From an uncultured Verrucomicrobiae bacterium (lineage in GTDB: Bacteria > Verrucomicrobiota > Verrucomicrobiia > Chthoniobacterales > UBA10450), in contig CAWGSY010000001.1 of the NCBI GenBank assembly GCA_963825355.1, positions 1,074 through 65,073 on the forward strand: a stretch of 64,000 nucleotides of DNA. The letters run 5' to 3'. A program made the position numbers and the translations under genes. Below are positions 19,939 to 28,490 of the stretch, piece after piece; the first letter of the stretch is position 1, and each line of letters opens with the position of its first letter. The notes beneath the pieces are model-generated. The model searched no databases, was not told the DNA's origin, and saw nothing but the letters and a program-made list of their open reading frames with translations.

Positions 19939-20799
19939 TCAGTCCTCATTTGATTTCCTCTTCGTTTGCAGCAGCGATCGATAAATTGTTTCCGAAATAG
20001 CTGCGACTGTTTCGCGCCGACCTTCTTTGTCCGGATCAAATTCAGTCAAAATGGCGGTGATGTAAGGTTCCCGTTCGGGCAAATAGACGATCCCAATGTC
20101 GTGAGAGGCTGTCGAAATCTCGCCGGTCTTATGCGCGACTGTGGCATGCGGCGGGAGCCCGGCGGGAATCATCGAGTTGAATCGTTGTTCCAACAGAATG
20201 CGGATTACCTCTCGTTTGCTTTCGGGCGTCAGAAAATCACCACGGATTGCTGACAACAGACTCAATAATCCATCGGCAGTCGCTTCGTTGTTTATCCCTT
20301 GCTCGTAGGCACCGTGGTCTTCCACGCCTCGCCGGAGCTCCACGCCGTCAATTTCCGCTTCCCTCAGAACCGTTCGCGCATATTCCACCCCAACAAAATC
20401 GAGCAGCAAGTTGGCGGCGAGATTGCTGCTCCCAACGATCATCGCGTGCGCAAGCGCGGATATCTTCGCGGTCCGTCCAATAGCCGCGTAGAGTTCTGGT
20501 GTCGCGTCGCGATCCTGGCTGACACGAAAGATCGATCCGTTTGCTGCGCTGAAGAAACGGTTTCGCACGTGTAACGAGTCATCGAGCCGAAGCCGGCCCT
20601 GGTCTGCCGCTCGAAATACCGCGAGGAGCACTGCGACTTTGATCGTGCTCGCAGCATGGAACCATCGGTCGCCGCGCAACGAAAATCGGAATCCGCTCTC
20701 GAGATCGTGCAGAGCTACTCCGATGGCGCGCGCTTTGTTTTTGAGAGCTAGCGCTTCCAGTTCATTGCGTAATCCGTCGGACACATCCCCGCTCAACAT
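19939..20799 (-). CDS. Class A beta-lactamase-like serine hydrolase
   Basis: 'ASTIK' (SxxK), 'GSSN' (SDN-like) and 'HKTGE' (KTG) occur in the class A order. Start chosen at MLSGDV (20799) to avoid overlap with the divergent gene. Confidence 0.7.
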   Translation of the reverse strand: MLSGDVSDGLRNELEALALKNKARAIGVALHDLESGFRFSLRGDRWFHAASTIKVAVLLAVFRAADQGRLRLDDSLHVRNRFFSAANGSIFRVSQDRDATPELYAAIGRTAKISALAHAMIVGSSNLAANLLLDFVGVEYARTVLREAEIDGVELRRGVEDHGAYEQGINNEATADGLLSLLSAIRGDFLTPESKREVIRILLEQRFNSMIPAGLPPHATVAHKTGEISTASHDIGIVYLPEREPYITAILTEFDPDKEGRRETVAAISETIYRSLLQTKRKSNED

Positions 20800-20844
20800 C
20801 GGAGTGCTCTTTACATGGCCATTGGCAAGTCGCAAATTCGCCCG

Positions 20845-21480
20845 ATGCCAAATCTGGCTACCTGGATCCGTCAAAAGGATGCTAAATCTTTTCGCACCAT
20901 TTTTGCGAAACATCCTGACGTCAAAGTTTGGAACGCGCGCACTCGATACGTTTCGCTCGGTGAGATGGACGGCCTTTTACTCTCAGGCGGCTCCGACATT
21001 TCGCCGGAATTTCTGCGGCAGGACATTCCCGATCCTTCGGTATTAGATAAACAGATCGACCCTGAGCGCGACCGCTGGGAGTTTCAGGCTGTCCAGAACG
21101 CGCTCTCGCGAGGGTTGCCGATTCTGGCAATTTGCAAAGGTCTTCAAGTCTTCAACGTCGCACTCGGCGGCACGCTTAAGCTCGATATCCCAGGGCATAA
21201 CCTTCCCGACCAAAAGCATCGTGATGTTCAGCCGCTGCGCGGTGCGCGTGGCGCGTCACATCATTTTCCCAAAGTGAACAGCGCGCATCACCAGGCGATC
21301 GATCAGTTAGGCGACGACTTGGAAGTGGAGGCGTGGGCCGCGCATGATGACATCATCGAGCAGGTACGGCTACGCAAATACCCGTTCGGACTCGCTGTCC
21401 AATATCACCCTGAACGAAGTCGAATTTACGGCTCGCTGTTCGACGATTTCTTCGCGCGATTGGAATCCTCAAAGCCGTAA
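20845..21480 (+). CDS. Class I glutamine amidotransferase-like, peptidase C26 (gamma-glutamyl hydrolase / PuuD-like)
   Basis: 'LPILAICKGLQVFNVALGGTL' (nucleophile Cys), 'HHQAID' and 'VQYHPE'. Start chosen at MPNLAT (20845). Confidence 0.8.
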   Translation: MPNLATWIRQKDAKSFRTIFAKHPDVKVWNARTRYVSLGEMDGLLLSGGSDISPEFLRQDIPDPSVLDKQIDPERDRWEFQAVQNALSRGLPILAICKGLQVFNVALGGTLKLDIPGHNLPDQKHRDVQPLRGARGASHHFPKVNSAHHQAIDQLGDDLEVEAWAAHDDIIEQVRLRKYPFGLAVQYHPERSRIYGSLFDDFFARLESSKP

Positions 21481-21485
21481 ATCGC

Positions 21486-21576
21486 GTCATTCCGAGCGAA
21501 GTCGAGGAATCCCGTGGCGCGACCCTGAGATTTTCTGCGGGATCCTTCGACTTCGCTTTGCGCCGCCCAGGATGAC
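21486..21576. repeat. Palindromic intergenic repeat, copy 2
   Basis: 'gtcattccgagcgaagtcgaggaatcccgtgg ... cgggatccttcgacttcgctttgcgccgcccaggatgac'. Confidence 0.85.
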
Positions 21577-21619
21577 GAAAAGAAGTCCGAAATAAAAAAT
21601 ATCGGCGATAACCGCTTCT

Positions 21620-22013
21620 TCATTCGGACTTCGTCATTCCTTCGTCATTCGACATTCGGGTTTCGTCATTTCTGACAACGACTTCCATCTTAATGTCTTG
21701 AAACGCGAGCTGATCGTGAATCAACCCAAGCAATTCGATCGCGCGATCATCGGGCATATGCGTGCAACGCACCTCGATCCGCGCCGGTTTGCCGGCGAGC
21801 TCCGGATGGCCGGATTCCATTTCGCCATCGAGTAAAAACGAAGCATACGCGTTGAATCGCTCCTGTAACGAAAGCAGTTGCTCATCCGAGCTGTCCCACT
21901 CGTTAGGCTCCTTCATTACGAGAACCGACCTCGCCCGTTTTCGGGTCATGAGCGATCACATCGATCACGCTTGTTCGATTTTTCTTATTTGAAATTTCAG
22001 GTTCGATGTCCAT
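21620..22013 (-). CDS. DUF6572-like small protein; frameshift near 21925-21929
   Basis: Own translation: ATG at 22013 gives 'MDIEPEISNKKNRTSVIDVIAHDPKTGEV'. A 1-nt shift then joins 'VLVMKEPNEWDSSDEQLLSLQERFNAYASFLLDGEMESGHPELAGKPARIEV...' (ORF 21620..21949). The pattern matches my memory of DUF6572 ('W.d..eHLL.LQeKiNaYl.Fi.sGe'). The C-terminus runs into a low-complexity repeat. Confidence 0.45.
21621..21672. repeat. Low-complexity 'TTCGTCATTCG' repeat with core cgtcattcg(a/t)cattcgggtttcgt(c/g)at
   Basis: The same ~27-nt core recurs at 33412..33447. Confidence 0.7.
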
Positions 22014-22195
22014 GAGCCGATTCCATGCCTGCTCGCGAATTCTTTCGGAGTTAGACGTTCGATGTTCCACGCTTGGTTTTCAAACTCGAATGGTCCGGCG
22101 TAGAGAAAGTCCACGTCGAAATCGGCGATGTCGAAGCGCTAGCGACGAAATATCCCCGGACGTGGCCGACGATTTGCGTGCATTTTCCAGGTAGC

Positions 22196-22329
22196 GCATG
22201 CGTCTCGCGTGCTGGCGAGCGCGTCTCGCGATCGCTAACTTTTCTGGACCCGTCGAACTCCATGCAACTTTCAACTTTTCGAGAAGATTGTTTCGGCGCG
22301 ACGCCGAAACCAGCACGCGAGACGCATAC
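22196..22329. repeat. 134-bp inverted-repeat element upstream of queF (19/20 terminal arms, internal 9-bp-stem hairpin)
   Basis: The left arm 'gcatgcgtctcgcgtgctgg' (22196-22215) pairs with the right arm 'ccagcacgcgagacgcatac' (22310-22329). Inner hairpin 'gtttcggcg-cga-cgccgaaac' lies at 22290-22310. Confidence 0.7.
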
Positions 22330-22383
22330 GCCACCCGAAAGACGCGACTTGAACGTCGTGCGGGTGACGAATTAACTAGAGGT

Positions 22384-22818
22384 GTGACAAAACCTAAACG
22401 CGCAGGCGAATTAACATTGCTCGGGCACGGCGACGCGAAACTTCCCGCATCGCCTGCCGAGGCGCGTTTGGAAACGTTTCCGAATCCTGCTCCTGAACGA
22501 AATTACCGTATTCATTTTGAAACCGACGATTTCACTTCCGTTTGCCCGGTAACAGGCCAGCCCGATTTTGCTCGAATCGATATCGATTACGTGCCCGACC
22601 GTCTTTGCGTCGAGAGCAAATCACTGAAATTCTATCTCGCGTCCTATCGCAACGAGCGCGCGTTCAATGAAGCAGTCACGAACCGCATTCTCGACGATTT
22701 CGTGAAAGCCTGTGCACCGCGCGAGGCGATCGTCACAGCGCAATTCTCCGCACGCGGCGGAATCGCGCTCACAGTCCGCGCTGAATATCCGGACAGCGAA
22801 CCGGAACGCGATCGTTGA
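22384..22818 (+). CDS. queF: NADPH-dependent 7-cyano-7-deazaguanine reductase (type I QueF)
   Basis: 'FTSVCPVTGQPDFA' (catalytic Cys) and 'VESKSLKFYLASYRNE' (QueF motif). GTG at 22384 is chosen as the start, because the longer 22198 ORF would read through the repeat element. Confidence 0.85.
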   Translation: MTKPKRAGELTLLGHGDAKLPASPAEARLETFPNPAPERNYRIHFETDDFTSVCPVTGQPDFARIDIDYVPDRLCVESKSLKFYLASYRNERAFNEAVTNRILDDFVKACAPREAIVTAQFSARGGIALTVRAEYPDSEPERDR

Positions 22819-22827
22819 TGATTCACT

Positions 22828-22908
22828 GTCATTCCGAGCGAAGTCGAGGAACCCGTGGCGAAACCAAATGATTGTTCTACGGGATCCTTCGACTTCGCTC
22901 AGGATGAC
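22828..22908. repeat. Palindromic intergenic repeat, copy 3 (between queF and queC)
   Basis: 'gtcattccgagcgaagtcgaggaacccgtgg ... cgggatccttcgacttcgctcaggatgac'. Confidence 0.85.
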
Positions 22909-22923
22909 GTGTCGTACTGATAA

Positions 22924-23616
22924 ATGAAACGCGCAGTCGTCCTTTTGAGCGGCGGAATCGATTCGACAACCACGCTGGCGATTGCAATCACGGAAGGCTA
23001 CGAAACTTATGCCCTCTCATTTGATTACGGCCAGCGTCACCAGATCGAAACAGAAGCCGCTCGACGCGTCGCCAAATCGTTAGGCGTAAGAGATCATCGC
23101 ATTGCGAAAATCGACCTGCGCGTCTTCGGCGGCTCCGCGCTCACCGACGACGTTGATGTCCCGAAGCAGCGGGCGGAGAAAGAAATCGCGGGTGGCATTC
23201 CGGTCACCTACGTCCCCGCACGCAATACCATCTTTCTCGCGTACGCGCTCGCCTGGGCGGAAGTGATCCCCGCCGATGATATTTTTATCGGCGTAAACGC
23301 AATCGACTACAGCGGCTACCCCGATTGCCGACCGGCATTTATCGAAGCGTTTGAGAATTTGGCCAATCTCGGGACAAAAGCAGGCGTGGAAGGCAGACGT
23401 TTCCAAATTCACACTCCGTTGATCAAACTTTCCAAAGCCGCCATCATTCGCAAAGCTGTCGGTCTCGCCGTCGATCTCTCGCTCACCCGCAGTTGTTACG
23501 ATCCGACGCCGGAAGGTCTCGCCTGCGGCGAATGCGATTCCTGTCTCCTGCGACTCAAAGGCTTTCGCGAAGCCGGAATGAAGGATCCAATCCGTTACGT
23601 CAACAAAGAAGCGTAA
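22924..23616 (+). CDS. queC: 7-cyano-7-deazaguanine synthase
   Basis: '[12 protein letters not shown]' PP-loop and a C-terminal Zn cluster 'CYDP...[10 protein letters not shown]'. Confidence 0.92.
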   Translation: MKRAVVLLSGGIDSTTTLAIAITEGYETYALSFDYGQRHQIETEAARRVAKSLGVRDHRIAKIDLRVFGGSALTDDVDVPKQRAEKEIAGGIPVTYVPARNTIFLAYALAWAEVIPADDIFIGVNAIDYSGYPDCRPAFIEAFENLANLGTKAGVEGRRFQIHTPLIKLSKAAIIRKAVGLAVDLSLTRSCYDPTPEGLACGECDSCLLRLKGFREAGMKDPIRYVNKEA

Positions 23617-23624
23617 CCGTTGTT

Positions 23625-23711
23625 CTCATCCTGAGCGAAGCGAAGAATTTCTGATTAGACGACACCGACACCGAGGAGAGGCCAGAGATGTTTCGCTTCG
23701 CTCAACATGAC
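23625..23711. repeat. Palindromic intergenic repeat, copy 4 (divergent variant)
   Basis: 'ctcatcctgagcgaagcgaagaattt ... atgtttcgcttcgctcaacatgac' lies directly after the queC stop. Confidence 0.7.
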
Positions 23712-23780
23712 AGAGGCTTTACTGGATAGGTATGACACATCGAGAACGGTAAAGTAATAACAAGTTGCTGCGGCGAGAGC

Positions 23781-23972
23781 ATGAAACGCCTGTTTAGAAT
23801 ATTTGAACTCTCGAAACCCGAACAGCGCGTGGTCTTGATTGTGGTCCTGGTTCTGATCGCGATTGCCTTCGTGCGATACGAACGCAGGGTTCATCGTCCT
23901 CCGGTTGAGCCGACGTTAAAGGCGGAACAACAACCTTCTCCGGCTGCGGCGGGAACTGAGGACGATCGATAG
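23781..23972 (+). CDS. Small single-pass membrane protein
   Basis: 63-aa ORF with TM 'VVLIVVLVLIAIAFV'. No known motif. Confidence 0.4.
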   Translation: MKRLFRIFELSKPEQRVVLIVVLVLIAIAFVRYERRVHRPPVEPTLKAEQQPSPAAAGTEDDR

Positions 23973-24039
23973 TTTTATTTTCGCTTAACCTGAGTTTCAG
24001 CCACAACAGAGTCACCGAAAAAGAGACACTCACGCTGAT

Positions 24040-24400
24040 ATGATCGAGTTCTATCCTTCCGGAAGCTCCCCTACTGGCAGTGAAAGTTACGTGGTTCGGA
24101 TTCCCCAAGGTATTACTCATAAAGAGAAGCTCCTGAAGTGCATTGCTGCTGGGTTGAACTTTCCGGGATTATTTTGGGTGCAACTGGGATGCGCTTGATG
24201 AATGCCTAGCCGACCTTTCCTGGTTGCAAACCCGAAAGGTTTATATCTGGCACGATGATATTCCGTTGATTAGCGAACCGGACGAAGCGCGAGGTTACCT
24301 CCAGGTGCTTCAGAGAATGCAGCCTGAGCGGGAGCGATTTCAACTGCAGATTAGTTTTCCCAAAACAGTTAGAGCTCAGCTAAACGTGCTGTTAGCCTAG
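24040..24400 (+). CDS. Barstar-like (ribonuclease inhibitor family) protein; frameshift at about 24163-24167; not in ORF track
   Basis: Own translation gives 'MIEFYPSGSSPTGSESYVVRIPQGITHKEKLLKCIAAGLNFPG', then a 1-nt shift to '(D)YFGCNWDALDECLADLSWLQTRKVYIWHDDIPL...QLQISFPKTVRAQLNVLLA*'. 'FP.YFG.NWDAL.DCL' is the barstar signature (cf. 'LPEYYGENLDALWDCLTG'). Confidence 0.6.
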
Positions 24401-24404
24401 CCAG

Positions 24405-25259
24405 TTAATCTTCGCTTATGCCCGGAATCCGACCGTAGCCAACAAAAACGGGACTGATTTTGGCGTCACCGCTTTTTGGTGGCGCCGGCATCTTGAAATC
24501 GAAAACGCTGACGCCCCAACGTTGTTTGCCATCGTATGTGCGACCGTCACTTGAACCGACCATCACGCGCTTCTTCGTCCGTTTTTCGCGGCCGAGATAA
24601 ATCATCGTATGCGTAATCGGCGGGTCGCGATCGATGTTGTAAGTGCCGCGCCAGAAAAGCAGGTCGCCGGGCTTGAGGTCATCGAACTCGAATGAATCTT
24701 CCTTGCGGCTCACCACCGCATAAAACTGTCCCCCTTTGCGCACCCAAAGATATTGCTGGCTGGAATCGCGCGGCACGTCGGGGAAGCCGTTTTGCCTAAG
24801 CACGTAATAAATGAAACCGGAGCAATCCATGCCGCTGTTGCTGGGATCGGCCGAACCATAGGTGTAAGTCAGATTTTGTTTTGTTAGCGCAAGCCCGGCG
24901 TCCAGGATTTGGCGAATCTTGGACGGATCCTTCTCGTAACCTTCTATTGCGTCCGGCGAAAGACTCACGTTAGGCCAGCCTTTTTTTCCTGTAACAGCTT
25001 CGGGTGATTGCGCTGGACTGGCGGACGGAGTCTCTGTTGCCGATGGCGATTCGTCCGGTGTCGGAGTAGGAGACGCTTTCTTGCGTTTGGATTTGCTCTT
25101 CGGCGTCGGAGATGGAGTCGGCGAAGTTTTCTTTGATTTTGGCGAAGCAGTTGGCGTTGGAGTGGGTGTCGGTTGCTTCGCTGAGTGTTTCCGATGTTTG
25201 GCTGAAGTCGCAGCATCAACAGTGCCGAACAAGATCACAAGAATCAGAAGCCATTTCAT
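24405..25259 (-). CDS. NlpC/P60 (C40) cell-wall peptidase with signal peptide and Pro/Thr/Ser-rich linker
   Basis: 'GMDCSGFIYYVLRQNG' (catalytic Cys) and 'THTMIYLG' (His). N-terminal signal MKWLLILVILFGTVDA. Confidence 0.85.
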   Translation of the reverse strand: MKWLLILVILFGTVDAATSAKHRKHSAKQPTPTPTPTASPKSKKTSPTPSPTPKSKSKRKKASPTPTPDESPSATETPSASPAQSPEAVTGKKGWPNVSLSPDAIEGYEKDPSKIRQILDAGLALTKQNLTYTYGSADPSNSGMDCSGFIYYVLRQNGFPDVPRDSSQQYLWVRKGGQFYAVVSRKEDSFEFDDLKPGDLLFWRGTYNIDRDPPITHTMIYLGREKRTKKRVMVGSSDGRTYDGKQRWGVSVFDFKMPAPPKSGDAKISPVFVGYGRIPGISED

Positions 25260-25434
25260 AACTCGACGCTGTAGTGTCCGCTGTCCTCAGCGGAGATTCG
25301 AGTCCAATACTTCTGCCGGATGCCCTGAACACACCCCATATATCGAGCGCGTGAAGCAGATCGGCAGGCTCGCCACGGCGAGTCCTCCAGTGGCGGATAT
25401 AATGCCCGCCAGCGCCACAGACAAGATGTCTGTG

Positions 25435-26772
25435 CTACGATTGCGCGAGCTCTTGCAGGATTGCCTTATTCAAGCGAATTCCGCCTTCGAAATTTTCGAG
25501 AGGAAAATTTTCGTTAGGTGAGTGTGCGCGGCAATCAGGCAGGGCAAGTCCCATGAGCAATGTTTCGACGCCGAGAATTTCCCGGAATTCGGAGACAATT
25601 GGGATACTACCCCCTTCGCGGATGAGCGCGGCGTCGCGATTGAACGCTTTGCGCAATGCGCGTTGTGCCGCTTCGCCCATCGCCGAGTGCGGATCTGTGA
25701 GATACCAGGGACCGCTGTGGCCCATGGTAACTTCCATCGTGACGCCCTTTGGCAGATTTTTTTCCAAATGCGTTTTCGCCAGTTCCAGAATTTCCTCGCC
25801 CTTCTGGTCGGGAACGAGACGGAACGTCAGTTTCGCAAATGCGTGGCTGCCGATCACAGTCTTCGTCCCCTGCCCCTGATATCCGCCGCCGATTCCGTTG
25901 ATCTCGGCAGTCGGCCGCGCCCAGATGCGTTCCGTTGAATTGTATCCCGCCTCCCCGAAAAGCTCAGGCACGCCCGTCTCCTCGCGAATCAGTTTGTCAC
26001 CATCGACTGGAAGTTTGCGCCACGCTTCGCGCTCCCAGGCTTCGAGTGGTTTGACGCGATCGTAAAATCCCGCAATCGCCACGCGACCGTCGCGATCGTG
26101 AAGAGTGGCGAGCAATTGCGCCAATGCCGTGATCGGGTTTGCGACGGCCCCGCCGAAAACGCCCGAGTGCAAATCCATTTTCGGACCAGTCACTTTGACC
26201 TCAAGGGCGGTAACGCCGCGCAGCCCATAGCTGAGGGTTGGCATGCCCCGCGCGATCATCCCGGTATCGGAGATAACTGCTACATCGCACTTCAGTGCGT
26301 CGCGATTTTCGCTGAGAAAAGGCCCGAGATTCGCACTGCCGATTTCCTCTTCGCCTTCGATTACCAAATGCAAATTCACAGGCAACTCACGATGCTCTTC
26401 AATCGTTTCCTGAATTCCGAGAATGTGCGCTAGGATTTGGCCTTTATTGTCCGTGGAGCCCCGCGCGAACACGTAGCCGTTCTTCAAGACAGGCTCGAAT
26501 GGCGGTGAATCCCAAAGTTCGAGAGGATCTGGCGGCTGCACATCGTAATGGCCATAAATCATAACTGTCGGACGGCCGGGTCGGTGTTCATTGCGCGCCC
26601 ACACAATGGGATGACGCTTAGTGGATACAAGCTGTGCTCGCAGACCGATCCGGTTGAGCTTATTCACCAGCCAGTTTGCACATTCGACCAACTTTTCTTT
26701 GTGCTTGTCGTCAGTCGAGACGCTCGGAAACCGCAGGAACGAATAATACTCCTCGAGATAATTGTCGCGCAT
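25435..26772 (-). CDS. M20 family dipeptidase
   Basis: 'IYGHYDVQP', 'RGSTDNKG' and 'IEGEEEIGS' are M20 metal and catalytic motifs. Start chosen at MRDNYLEEY (26772). Confidence 0.85.
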   Translation of the reverse strand: MRDNYLEEYYSFLRFPSVSTDDKHKEKLVECANWLVNKLNRIGLRAQLVSTKRHPIVWARNEHRPGRPTVMIYGHYDVQPPDPLELWDSPPFEPVLKNGYVFARGSTDNKGQILAHILGIQETIEEHRELPVNLHLVIEGEEEIGSANLGPFLSENRDALKCDVAVISDTGMIARGMPTLSYGLRGVTALEVKVTGPKMDLHSGVFGGAVANPITALAQLLATLHDRDGRVAIAGFYDRVKPLEAWEREAWRKLPVDGDKLIREETGVPELFGEAGYNSTERIWARPTAEINGIGGGYQGQGTKTVIGSHAFAKLTFRLVPDQKGEEILELAKTHLEKNLPKGVTMEVTMGHSGPWYLTDPHSAMGEAAQRALRKAFNRDAALIREGGSIPIVSEFREILGVETLLMGLALPDCRAHSPNENFPLENFEGGIRLNKAILQELAQS

Positions 26773-26834
26773 GGCGCAAGAGTAAACCCGCGTTTCTACG
26801 AACGTCCAATACTCAAGTCCCACGCGAGAAACAG

Positions 26835-26897
26835 TTGTAGGGCGGGCGCATCGCCTGCCCAGCTAATGACTTGGCAAGGGGAGCGCTTGCCCTACAA
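26835..26897. terminator. Compound hairpin downstream of the APC permease gene (terminator- or REP-like)
   Basis: The outer stem is 'ttgtagggc ... gccctacaa', with two inner imperfect hairpins (gggcgggcg/cgcctgccc; ggcaagg/gcttgcc). There is no clear U-tract. Confidence 0.3.
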
Positions 26898-26907
26898 AAG
26901 CACGATG

Positions 26908-28251
26908 TCACCGTTTCACATGCTCAGGACGCGCGATTGTTCTACGCACGAAGTACAAGAGAGATGAAAGCGCCAGCACAATTCCAGTCACAAGGAATTC
27001 ACGCAGCGTGGCGTGAGCGAGAATCCACACAATCGCGATAATCGCCAGCGCAGGCACAATTTTCATTCCAGGAAAGTTGAACGGCTCCCCATCTGAGCGC
27101 ACATCACGTTGCACCAAGACCCAGCAAGCGGCGCAGCAGAGCAGATACATCAACAAAACAGCGACATTCGAAAGGACCGCCAACCGCTCGAATGTGCCGC
27201 TGATTGAAAGCGCAAACGCGAGCGTTGCGTACGTAATAATCGCGACATCTGGTGACCGATAGCGCGGGTGCACATGCGCAAAAAACTGCGGCAATGCGCC
27301 GTCGCGGCCGAATGCAAAGATCATGCGCGGCGAACTCAGGATGTCGCTCGTCACAAATCCAAATGCAGAGACGCTTGCGCCGGCCAGGAGAATAACGCGG
27401 CCTAGGTTGCCGAGGAATGTCGCCGCCGATTCAGCGAGCGGCGCGTCAGGATGGTTCGCGAGATCGGCACCGAGCGTGCCCTGCGCGACGAGTTGGATCA
27501 TCAGGTAGATGATTGTCGTGATTACCAGAGCGAGATAAGCGGAACGAGGAACGGTGCGCGCCGGATTTTTCACTTCCCCACTCGGAATCAACGCCACCTC
27601 GATACCGACGAAAGCGAAAATCAGAAGGATTACGGCGTCGCCTAACGATTTGCTGCTCGGCCAACCGCTCCAGGCAAGATTCGGCGCATGAACAAAAAAC
27701 ATTCCGACGCAAATGAACAACAACAGCGGCAGAAGCTTGGCTGCCGTAATTACTGTGACGGCACCGGCACCCTCGCGAACGCCGCGAATGTTGATCAACA
27801 CGAGGGAAGCATAGACCGCGAACATCACGACAATCCGCATCGCGGAACCGCCGAGAAAAGGCACCACCAGTGCGACTGAGTTCGCCAATACGTTCACGAC
27901 GCCCGCGACCGCGCCGAGTGCCGTAAGAAAATAAAGCATCCCGGCGAGGAATCCCACATAACGCCCAAACGCCACTTCGACATAGGCGTAAAGACCGCCC
28001 GTCAATGAAACGCGGCTGCCGGCGATCGCGAAACATGTGACGAACAAGATCATGGCAATCGCGCAGCAGATAAATGCGAGTGGCGCCGCGGATCCAAGTC
28101 CCTTCGCGACCGTCGCTGGAATCACGAAAATTCCAGCACCAATCGTCGAGCTAACGATATTTGCGGTGAGAGCTGGCATTCCGATGCCGCGAACCAGCTG
28201 ATGGTCGATCCGCTCTTCCTGCTGAATCGACGGTGGCGGTTCATTTACCAT
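26908..28251 (-). CDS. APC superfamily amino acid permease
   Basis: About 12 TM segments. The N-terminal 'ALTANIVSSTIGAGIFVIPA' is typical of the APC family. Start chosen at MVNEPPP (28251). Confidence 0.8.
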   Translation of the reverse strand: MVNEPPPSIQQEERIDHQLVRGIGMPALTANIVSSTIGAGIFVIPATVAKGLGSAAPLAFICCAIAMILFVTCFAIAGSRVSLTGGLYAYVEVAFGRYVGFLAGMLYFLTALGAVAGVVNVLANSVALVVPFLGGSAMRIVVMFAVYASLVLINIRGVREGAGAVTVITAAKLLPLLLFICVGMFFVHAPNLAWSGWPSSKSLGDAVILLIFAFVGIEVALIPSGEVKNPARTVPRSAYLALVITTIIYLMIQLVAQGTLGADLANHPDAPLAESAATFLGNLGRVILLAGASVSAFGFVTSDILSSPRMIFAFGRDGALPQFFAHVHPRYRSPDVAIITYATLAFALSISGTFERLAVLSNVAVLLMYLLCCAACWVLVQRDVRSDGEPFNFPGMKIVPALAIIAIVWILAHATLREFLVTGIVLALSSLLYFVRRTIARPEHVKR

Positions 28252-28490
28252 GCGCGCATCCTGAGTGATTGAATTGCTCAACGCAAGAGAGCGGCTTAAT
28301 CTTCGCGAAGGGCTTGAGGAATGAGGACGGCACCGCGCCTCGGCTTCCAATGATGTCGCCAAGAACTATGCGCTCCACAATATCGTGTGGCCGTCGGTGC
28401 TCAAAACCACTTCAAATTGTGTGATTTTCCCCTTGTAACTCAAATAAGCCTGCTGTATTGAGGCTCCGAAGGCCCGGGGTTTAGCCCAAG

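Noticed and set aside
17693-21620. Search for a Pup/UBact-like small ORF (C-terminal GGQ/GGE or similar), proteasome or Mpa genes next to the PafA-like ligase
   Set aside because: None found in any frame by eye, so the locus is not presented as a pupylation system.
22014-22195. Minus-strand fragment 'RFDIADFDVDFLYAGPFEFENQAWNIERLTPKEFASRHG...' upstream of the DUF6572-like gene
   Set aside because: It has no start and an in-frame TAG just upstream. The resemblance to nucleotidyltransferase 'D.D' motifs is too vague to call.
22335-22383. Possible preQ1-I riboswitch aptamer directly upstream of queF
   Set aside because: Only the loose layout is visible (a 4-bp hairpin, an A-rich tail and ACUAGAGG). 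I cannot place the conserved loop or C-recognition residues, so it is not called as a feature. It is kept only as a check suggestion.
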